This document shows, piece after piece, positions 9,898 through 17,352 of a DNA stretch of 64,000 nucleotides (within the stretch, counting starts at the first letter, position 1; each line of letters starts with the position of its first letter). Under the pieces are notes generated by a model that saw only the letters and a program-made list of their open reading frames with translations, was not told where the DNA came from and did no database searches. The stretch is taken from assembly GCA_002748055.1 (NCBI GenBank), contig PDRI01000095.1:3081-67080 (forward strand). Direction: 5' to 3'. The position numbers were made by a program, and so were the translations under genes. Origin of the DNA: Bacteroidota bacterium. Its GTDB lineage: Bacteria; Bacteroidota; Bacteroidia; Bacteroidales; GCA-2748055.

Positions 9898-12800
9898 ATG
9901 AAAAAAGGAATACTTACAACACTCTTCCTCTCCTTCTTCCTGTTCTTGTTTTTTGCCCCCGAAGCAGAGGCCCAAACAGTGGTCTTCGATCAGGAGATTT
10001 ACTGGGAGCACCCCATTCCAAAGCCCTATGGAGGTTACGGCTTTTACTGGTGGCACCGAACCGATGGTGGATACTACAACATCAATTACGGGAGCATGCC
10101 TTCGGACAACTGGAGCGCATACTATAACGGGGAATGGACGATTCGCTTCGAGATTCTCGACATGCCTTCCTCCGAGCCCTTTACCATCCAGTTTGGCATC
10201 TGGCAGGATCAAGATAAGGGAGGCGCGCATCCTGAAACGGTATCCGGACAACAGCAAATTGTCCCCGGTTCGGTCTATAGCGCAAGCCTGGGAAGCCCGA
10301 GCAGTTGGTGGAACAAAGAACCCGGAGACCCCGTCGACTTTAGCCGCCCTGGAGATTTCTACCGAATTGGTCTCGTACTCTGGAACCCGAATCCTTTGTG
10401 CCTGTTAAAAGGCCCTGAATGGGGAGGAGGCGGATGCCCGGAGAATGCATACAAGTATTTCCCCATGCGGGCCCGTGTCACGGTTACAGCCACCGGGGGA
10501 GAAGCTCCTCCCGTTGATCCGCCAAGTTATGGTATCGATTACCAGAATGAGCGAAGCGATGCCCCGGTTTCCTCCGATGACGAGTATGCCTACAATGCGG
10601 ACTTCTCGGATGCCGTAAGCGGCAGTGGCGCCTATCTTGGCCTCACACCCGGTCAAAACGTCTATTTCCGAAAGAAGGCCGATCATTCAAAGACCCAGAC
10701 CCTTGAGGTTCCCTCCAGGGCTGCTGCCCCTTCTTTCTCCATTAACTTTCAGAGTGAAGCAACGAATGAGGCTGTAAGCAATGCTCACGAATTTGCCTCA
10801 GCCAACGATTTTAGTGATGCACAGGATGGAAACGGGAACCCTGTGTCCATCGTTCCGGGACAGTCATTGTTCATTCGGACAAAAGCCACATCCTCGGCCT
10901 TTGCCTCCGAAACCCTGGCACTGACCCCCCCGGCACGACCGGCAGCTCCTGACTTTGGCATTGATTTTACGAACGAAGTGACAACGCTGGCCATTCCAGA
11001 GACCATGGAATATGCCAGCAGTGCCGATATGTCGGAAGCAGTCCAGGGCGTGGGCACTCCCCTCAGCCTAAGCCCCGGTAATGAGCTGTTTTTCCGCTAC
11101 CGGGCAACGGCAAGCGATTTTGCATCGGAACAGCTGCATTTAGAGGTTCCCGAAAGACCGGCTACACCGACATACAGTATTGATTATGCGAATGAGACAA
11201 CTGCTGAAGCCGTTTCCAGCAGCGACGACTACAGCCCGGCATCGGACATGAGTGGTGCCTCGGCAGGCAATAATGAGGTGCTCACGCTTACCCCGGGTTC
11301 CAACCTTTACTTCAGAACCAGGGCTACTTCAAACAGCTTCCAATCGGACATCCAGACCCTCGTGGTCCCCGGTCGTGCGGCAACACCCAGCTTCAGCATC
11401 AATTTCATTGCTGAAACCACAAACGAAGCGGCAGAAGATTACATGGCCTATTCGACCCAGGCCGATATGAGCAATCCGGAATTTGGCGGGGGTGACCCGA
11501 TCGCTTTGAACCCCGGAACCGACCTCTACATCCGGCAGGAATCCTCAGCTGCAGGCTTCCAGTCGGACATCCAGCATCTGCAGGTTCCGGAAAGGGAAGC
11601 CGCACCAGCGTTTGGTTTTGAATACCTTACAGAACAAACCAGTACGGCAGTCGGCAGCGATCATGAATATGCTGACAATTCAGATTTCCAGAACGCTACA
11701 AGTGGCAATGGTGAGCCTGCCCCGGTTATCCCCGGGCAGATCCTTTACATCAGGCTGAAAGCTACTGCTGTGGCCTTTGCATCGGCAAGCCAGCAGCTCG
11801 ACATACCTGCACGCCCCGAAGCCCCCGAAATCGGCATCGACTTTGTTGCCGAAGAAACAGACGATGTGATCAGCAGCTCCATGGAATACGCGACACTCCC
11901 CGATATGAGCGATGCTGTCAGTGGGGATGGAACAGCCATTGCCGTCGCACCAAATGCAGACATCTACATCCGGTACATCGCCACCCCCAGCAGCTTCAGC
12001 TCCGAAATTCAGCACCTGGATGCCCCCGGCCGGAGTCCAACACCGGCTTACAGCATCGATTTTGATCATGAAACGACCTTTCAGACCATTGACGAGCTGG
12101 ATGAGTACTCAAATGATCCGGGCATGGCAGGGGCCACTGCCGGTTCGGGGACTGTTCTGGCACTCACTCCGGGTAGCACGGTGTATTTCAGGACCACGGC
12201 CGGAACACACGGTTTCCTGTCGGAAATTCAAACCCTTGAGATTCCCGCACGCCCGGAAACCCCGGCCTTCAGCATAGACTACCTGAACGAATCAACCCTG
12301 GAAAGCCTGAACAACACCTTTGAATATGCGAGTCGGGCCGACATGGCTGATGCCGTTAGTGGCACAGGGAGTCCGGCTCCACTTAATCCCGGAAACCACA
12401 GCTATTTCAGGCAAAAAGCTTCGGCCTCGGAATTCCGCTCCGGAATTCAGGATCTGGATGTGCCCGGACGCCCCCAGGCACCGGAATTTGATTTTGACTA
12501 TCTGACCGAGGAAACCACCACTTCTGTTGGTCCCGGCTACGAATATGCTGCCAGCAGTGATTTCAGCGATGCCATCACCGGAAATGACAATCCGGCACCC
12601 GTTGTTCCGGGTCAGGCTTTTTACATCAGGGCAAAATCGAGTACCACTTCATTTGCTTCTGAAGCCCAGGTTCTGGCGATCCCCTCTCGACCAGATGCTC
12701 CTGCTGTAGGGATAAATTACCTGACGGAGAAAACGGATGTGCCCATTCCCGAAACCATGGCCTTCTCTGCGGATGCAGATATGACAGAAGCCGAAACCGG

Positions 12801-14772
12801 GACCGGCATGCCTCTGGATGTTCCACCGGGCACACAATTGTATTTCCGGTACCATGCGAGCAGCAGTAGTTTTGCATCCCATATTCAACATCTGGATGCA
12901 CCTGAGCGTGGGACACCGGCCTTCAACATCGACTTTGAGGAGGAACAAACGGTAGAAATTCTGACAGCCAATGATGAATATGCCACAAACATTGAAATGA
13001 GTGGTGCCAGAACCGGAACCGGAACCAGAATCGCGATCAGTCCGGGCACCAGTCTGTACTTTCGTTCAAAAGCCAGTGCTACGGCATATATGACGCTTGT
13101 CCAAACGCTTGTCGTACCCGAACGGCCCGAATTGCCGAACTTTGAGATCGACTACCAAAACGAAAGAACGAGCTCCATCGTCAGTTCCGGCTTCGAGTAC
13201 TCCAGCACTTCCGATATGCAGAATGCCTTAAACGGCACAGGATCCCATGTCGATCTGACACCCGGCAAGAACATGTATTTCAGGGTAAGAAGCGGTGCTT
13301 CTTCCTTCCACTCGGAGATTCAGACCCTGATTGTTCCTGGCAGGTCCGCGGCTCCGAACTTTGGCATTGATTTTATGGAAGAAGAAACGACTCCAGCACT
13401 TGGGAGTGAACATGAATATGCTTCCAATATTGATTTCAATGGTGCCATCAGCGGAAATGGAAATCCTGCCCCCCTTATCCCGGGCGAATCCATGTACATC
13501 AGGTTCAGGGCGCTTTCAGACGCATTTGCATCTGAGGCTCAACACCTGGTGGTTCCCGCAAGGCCCGACAGGCCATCCATCGGAATTGACTATGTGAGAC
13601 AGCGAACCGATGTAAGCATCCCTGCGTCTATTGAGTATTCGCTTCAGAGCAATATGCATGATGCAACAGCCGGCAGTGATGATTACCTCCAGGTACCTCC
13701 GCAAACCAATCTGTACTTCAGGGTAATCGGAACCACCACGACATTCAAGTCTGATGTTCAACACCTTTCCTCCCCTGCCAGGCCAGCGAAACCAGCTTTC
13801 GAAATCAATTATGCCCTGGAACAGACTAAAACAGCGGCAGCCGAAAACGTGGAGTACTCAACACAGAGCGACATGAGCAATTCCCTCATATCGGATGGCG
13901 ATTACATCCCCCTCACTCCCGGACAGGACTTCTATTTCAGATTTTTAGCTACAACCAGCTCTTACGATTCTGATATTCAACATCTTTCTGTTCCATCCAG
14001 AAGGCCTGCACCGGGATTTGGTTTTAGCTATGAGTCGGAACTGATCCTGCCGGCCATAAGCAGCAACTATGAGTATGCCGATAACCCGGAAATGACCAAT
14101 GCCCTAAGTGGCACTAACAACAGGCTAAGTGTGATTCCGGGACAGCCCCTCTATATCAGACAGAAGGCCGGTAACAATTCCTTTGCCTCTGAAACGCAAA
14201 TGATGGACATCCCTTCCCGACCGGTGCTCAGCAGCAGCGACACGGATACAACCGGCAGCAATCCACTGGTCCTGACCCTCACCTATCCGTCAAATATGAG
14301 TGATTTTGTCCAGGACAGCCTAAAGCTTGAAAATGCCAGCTTGCTTTCGGTCACAAAGATCTCCGAAGGAGACGATGCCAATGTCTATGAGCTTTCCTTA
14401 AACTGCACAGAAGGCGCGGTCAGGGCAGAACTGGCAGCCAACGCAATCCCGCAAGGCAGTTTCAGATCGGAACCCTTCAGCATCTATTACAAAGCAGGCT
14501 ATATCAATGGACTGCAGGAGTCCGGATCACTTTCGGTTAAACTCTATCCAAACCCGAACGCCGGAAGGCTCTTCCTGGAGTCCAATCAGGAGGCTGGCAG
14601 GCTTCAATACATTTGGATTTACAATGTTACAGGCAGCCTTGTACATACAGGCAGGCTTGATGGACAGTATCGTGCCGAGCTCAATCTCGAAGGATTGGAA
14701 AAAGGCATCTACTTCCTCAGAGTGGATACACAAAAGACAAGAATCCACTCCAAATTTCAACTTTATAAATAG
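9898..14772 (+). CDS. Giant secreted repeat protein (1624 aa). Order: signal peptide, unknown ~180-aa N-terminal domain, 17 tandem ~73-aa units, Ig-like module, T9SS C-terminal sorting domain.
   Basis: Signal peptide MKKGILTTLFLSFFLFLFFAPEAEAQ. Repeats have the consensus AP.F.IDY..E.T.......EYA...DMS.A..G.G....L.PG...YFR.KA....FAS..Q.L.VP.RP. The C-terminus KLYPNPNAGRLFLES...GIYFLRVDTQK..SKFQLYK matches the Por_Secre_tail pattern. Confidence 0.9.
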   Translation: MKKGILTTLFLSFFLFLFFAPEAEAQTVVFDQEIYWEHPIPKPYGGYGFYWWHRTDGGYYNINYGSMPSDNWSAYYNGEWTIRFEILDMPSSEPFTIQFGIWQDQDKGGAHPETVSGQQQIVPGSVYSASLGSPSSWWNKEPGDPVDFSRPGDFYRIGLVLWNPNPLCLLKGPEWGGGGCPENAYKYFPMRARVTVTATGGEAPPVDPPSYGIDYQNERSDAPVSSDDEYAYNADFSDAVSGSGAYLGLTPGQNVYFRKKADHSKTQTLEVPSRAAAPSFSINFQSEATNEAVSNAHEFASANDFSDAQDGNGNPVSIVPGQSLFIRTKATSSAFASETLALTPPARPAAPDFGIDFTNEVTTLAIPETMEYASSADMSEAVQGVGTPLSLSPGNELFFRYRATASDFASEQLHLEVPERPATPTYSIDYANETTAEAVSSSDDYSPASDMSGASAGNNEVLTLTPGSNLYFRTRATSNSFQSDIQTLVVPGRAATPSFSINFIAETTNEAAEDYMAYSTQADMSNPEFGGGDPIALNPGTDLYIRQESSAAGFQSDIQHLQVPEREAAPAFGFEYLTEQTSTAVGSDHEYADNSDFQNATSGNGEPAPVIPGQILYIRLKATAVAFASASQQLDIPARPEAPEIGIDFVAEETDDVISSSMEYATLPDMSDAVSGDGTAIAVAPNADIYIRYIATPSSFSSEIQHLDAPGRSPTPAYSIDFDHETTFQTIDELDEYSNDPGMAGATAGSGTVLALTPGSTVYFRTTAGTHGFLSEIQTLEIPARPETPAFSIDYLNESTLESLNNTFEYASRADMADAVSGTGSPAPLNPGNHSYFRQKASASEFRSGIQDLDVPGRPQAPEFDFDYLTEETTTSVGPGYEYAASSDFSDAITGNDNPAPVVPGQAFYIRAKSSTTSFASEAQVLAIPSRPDAPAVGINYLTEKTDVPIPETMAFSADADMTEAETGTGMPLDVPPGTQLYFRYHASSSSFASHIQHLDAPERGTPAFNIDFEEEQTVEILTANDEYATNIEMSGARTGTGTRIAISPGTSLYFRSKASATAYMTLVQTLVVPERPELPNFEIDYQNERTSSIVSSGFEYSSTSDMQNALNGTGSHVDLTPGKNMYFRVRSGASSFHSEIQTLIVPGRSAAPNFGIDFMEEETTPALGSEHEYASNIDFNGAISGNGNPAPLIPGESMYIRFRALSDAFASEAQHLVVPARPDRPSIGIDYVRQRTDVSIPASIEYSLQSNMHDATAGSDDYLQVPPQTNLYFRVIGTTTTFKSDVQHLSSPARPAKPAFEINYALEQTKTAAAENVEYSTQSDMSNSLISDGDYIPLTPGQDFYFRFLATTSSYDSDIQHLSVPSRRPAPGFGFSYESELILPAISSNYEYADNPEMTNALSGTNNRLSVIPGQPLYIRQKAGNNSFASETQMMDIPSRPVLSSSDTDTTGSNPLVLTLTYPSNMSDFVQDSLKLENASLLSVTKISEGDDANVYELSLNCTEGAVRAELAANAIPQGSFRSEPFSIYYKAGYINGLQESGSLSVKLYPNPNAGRLFLESNQEAGRLQYIWIYNVTGSLVHTGRLDGQYRAELNLEGLEKGIYFLRVDTQKTRIHSKFQLYK
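10519..14223 (+). repeat. Coding tandem array of 17 units of ~69-73 aa (207-219 bp), organised as a 4-unit super-repeat.
   Basis: The conserved aromatic anchor codon (F/Y of P.F.IDY) of the type-A units lies at 10735, 11611, 12487 and 13360, with spacings of 876, 876 and 873 bp. The last type-A unit is at 14017, a spacing of 657 bp (3 units). Unit 1 (anchor 10528) is a distinct variant ending DHSKTQTLEVP. Confidence 0.85.
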
Positions 14773-14798
14773 AAACAAGCATTTTTAATACACTGATA

Positions 14799-17273
14799 AT
14801 GAAAACAAAACATCTGATTCTCGCTTTTCTAAGCGTGCTCTTATCAATCGGTTTCGTGTCCAGGACAGAGGCCCAGACCACCGTTTTTGACCAGGAAATC
14901 TACTGGGAGCACCCCATTCCCAAGTCCTATGGAGGTTATGGCTTCTACTGGTGGCACCGGACCGATGGTGGCTACTACAATATTAATTACGGGAATATGT
15001 CTTCAACCGATTGGAGCCCCTACTATAACGGAGAATGGACCATCCGTCTCGAGGTTTTGGACATGCCTTCTTCCGAACCCTTCATCATCCAGTTTGGCAT
15101 CTGGCAGGATCAAAACAAGGGAGGCGCTCATCCCGAAACCGTATGCGGACAACAATTTGTAACCCCCGGATCGGTCTATACAGCAAGCCTGGGCAGTCCC
15201 AGCGGATGGTGGAACAAAGAATCCGGAGACCCGGTCGATTTTTACCGCCCGGAGGATTTTTACCGGATTGGCCTCGTGCTATGGAATCCCAATCCATTTT
15301 GCCTCTTAAAAGGCCCGGAATGGGGACCTGGTGGATGCCCGGAGAATGCATACAAGTTCTTTCCCATGCGCATGAGGGTTACTGTAACCGCCACGCAGGG
15401 TCCCGGCGGACAACCCATCAATCCCCCAAATTATGGCATCGACTACTATAGTGAAAGAACCAGCACTGTTGTTTCTTCGACTGACCAGTACAGCTATACT
15501 TCAGATTTCGCCACGGTTTATAACGGGAACAATGACTACCTAAACCTGACCCCGGGGCAAACCGTATATTTCAGAAAAGCCTCCGATCACTCGAAGACAC
15601 AGACCCTCAATGTGCCTGCGAGGCCGGCTGCACCCTCCTTCGCGATTGACTACGCAAACGAGGCGACAGCGACTGCCGTGTCCTCCGGCTATGAGTACGC
15701 TACCCAATCGAATATGAGTGATGCCGTCGACGGGAATGGCTCAGTTGTATCCATTGAACCCGGCTCCACCATTTACATCAGACAGAAAGCCACGAATTCC
15801 TCCTTCCTTTCCGACATCCAGACGCTTGCCGCACCGGCACGCCCTGCAGCTCCGGCTTTTGAAATCGACTACATGAGCGAACAGACCAGTACACCGGTGA
15901 GTGCCGACTACGAGTATTCTTCTGCTGCCGATATGACCGGGGCCGTTTCAGGTACTGGCCTTGCAGTGGCACTTACACCTGGTGAAACGAGCTACTTCAG
16001 ACAGAAAGCCAGTTCTTCTTCCTTCGCCTCTTCAATCCAGACCCTTGCTGCACCGGTAAGGCCGGCAGCTCCAGCTGCATTCTCTGTTGATTATCTGAAC
16101 GAGCGAACCGGCATACAAATTCCTGCAACAATGGAGTACAGCAGCAATCCGGCAATGGAGAACCCTACTGAAGGAAGCGGAACCTACCTGAGCCTCACAC
16201 CTGGCACCGACATGTATTTCAGAAACAAAGCCAGCGATGCGGCCTTTGCATCCGAAGCCTTCCATCTGGTTGTAGGAGCCCGTTCTTCTGCTCCAGGCTA
16301 TAGCATTGATTTTCTGAATGAAGCCACCACCGAAGCTGTAAGTGAGCAGGACGAGTATGCAACAAACCCGGAAATGACCGATGCACAGAGTGGAGAGAAT
16401 AAACCCATAGCGCTAATCCCCGACACTAGCATTTATCTCAGGACGAAATCAACCGTAACGGCCTTCGCCTCCGAAATCCAGACCCTCAGTGCACCAGCCA
16501 GGCCTGCAGGCCCGGTCTTTAGCATTGACTATGCAAATGAATCGACCGTGGAAGCTGTCAACAGCAACATCGAATATGCCGATAACGAGCAAATGAACAA
16601 TGCCCGTGCAGGGAGCGGAGAGACTGTCCCGCTTGTTCCCGGCACGACGCTGTACCTCAAAAGCAAAGCAAGCACAACGGCCTTTGCATCTTCGGTGAGC
16701 ATGCTTGAGGCTCCGGCACGACCTGTGATAAGCAGTAGTGAGTCGGAGAGTACGAGCAATAACCCCTTAGTCGTGAATTTCAGCTTTTCTTATACTGCAA
16801 GCGGCCTTACAACAGATGGAATCTCGGCTGAAAATGCCACAGTTAGCTCGATTAATCTGATCTCCTCTGAGCCTGATGGCAGCGTCTATGAATCGCTTAT
16901 TGTTGGCAATGCCAAAGGTGAAATCAGCCTGGTGGTCAATGCCAATGCCGTAAGTGAAGGCAATTTCAAATCGGATACCTTCAAGATAGATTACCTAACC
17001 AGCACAGGCCCGGAAAGGCCCGGAGAAAAGGCTTCGTTCAGGATCTATCCAAATCCGAGCTCAGGCAAGTTCTATATTAAAGGAAATCATTTTGACAATG
17101 AACAGATTGAGCTCTCGATCTATTCGGCAAGTGGCGTCCTTTCTTACAGAAACAGCAAGCTGAGAAGCGAAGATGAAATAGTCCTTCAGCTGGAAGGCCT
17201 GGAACCCGGTCTTTACTACCTGAAGGTAAAAGACGGAGACAGGATCCTGTCGGCCAAAATGGTGCTGGAGTAA
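14799..17273 (+). CDS. Paralog of the preceding gene (824 aa). Same N-terminal domain, 6 tandem ~72-aa units, Ig-like module, T9SS C-terminal sorting domain.
   Basis: Signal peptide MKTKHLILAFLSVLLSIGFVSRTEAQ. The N-terminal domain shows about 25 differences in ~177 aligned residues versus the upstream gene (manual count). C-terminus: RIYPNPSSGKFYIKG...GLYYLKVKDGDRILSAKMVLE. Confidence 0.9.
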   Translation: MKTKHLILAFLSVLLSIGFVSRTEAQTTVFDQEIYWEHPIPKSYGGYGFYWWHRTDGGYYNINYGNMSSTDWSPYYNGEWTIRLEVLDMPSSEPFIIQFGIWQDQNKGGAHPETVCGQQFVTPGSVYTASLGSPSGWWNKESGDPVDFYRPEDFYRIGLVLWNPNPFCLLKGPEWGPGGCPENAYKFFPMRMRVTVTATQGPGGQPINPPNYGIDYYSERTSTVVSSTDQYSYTSDFATVYNGNNDYLNLTPGQTVYFRKASDHSKTQTLNVPARPAAPSFAIDYANEATATAVSSGYEYATQSNMSDAVDGNGSVVSIEPGSTIYIRQKATNSSFLSDIQTLAAPARPAAPAFEIDYMSEQTSTPVSADYEYSSAADMTGAVSGTGLAVALTPGETSYFRQKASSSSFASSIQTLAAPVRPAAPAAFSVDYLNERTGIQIPATMEYSSNPAMENPTEGSGTYLSLTPGTDMYFRNKASDAAFASEAFHLVVGARSSAPGYSIDFLNEATTEAVSEQDEYATNPEMTDAQSGENKPIALIPDTSIYLRTKSTVTAFASEIQTLSAPARPAGPVFSIDYANESTVEAVNSNIEYADNEQMNNARAGSGETVPLVPGTTLYLKSKASTTAFASSVSMLEAPARPVISSSESESTSNNPLVVNFSFSYTASGLTTDGISAENATVSSINLISSEPDGSVYESLIVGNAKGEISLVVNANAVSEGNFKSDTFKIDYLTSTGPERPGEKASFRIYPNPSSGKFYIKGNHFDNEQIELSIYSASGVLSYRNSKLRSEDEIVLQLEGLEPGLYYLKVKDGDRILSAKMVLE
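15423..16724 (+). repeat. Coding tandem array of 6 units of the same ~72-aa repeat family.
   Basis: Units begin PPNYGIDY, APSFAIDY, APAFEIDY, AAFSVDY, APGYSIDF and GPVFSIDY. The first unit again ends DHSKTQTLNVP. Confidence 0.85.
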
Positions 17274-17305
17274 GCCCAGCCCAGGGGACAGACCAACAGA
17301 TCACG

Positions 17306-17341
17306 GCGCCGGGAGTAAGCTTCCGGCGCTGTCTTTTTTTG
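17306..17341 (+). terminator. Rho-independent terminator closing the 7901-17273 unit.
   Basis: GCGCCGGGA-gtaagc-TTCCGGCGC forms a 9-bp stem with one G-T wobble, followed by tgtcTTTTTTT. It sits between convergent genes. Confidence 0.75.
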
Positions 17342-17352
17342 GCTTCCCGAAA

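Noticed and set aside
9953-10408. Alternative-frame ORFs inside the repeat-protein genes (also 11680..12069, 11912..12277, 12649..12948, 15035..15451).
   Set aside because: They lie out of frame within long, repeat-structured CDSs whose main frame carries the signal peptide, the periodic units and the T9SS tail. They are by-products of the periodic, GC-rich sequence.
10519-16724. Considered whether the periodic DNA could be a CRISPR array, satellite or other non-coding tandem repeat.
   Set aside because: The period is 207-219 bp, always a multiple of 3, and in frame with a 1624-aa and an 824-aa ORF. Conservation is at the amino-acid level, there is no short direct repeat/spacer structure, and no cas genes are present.
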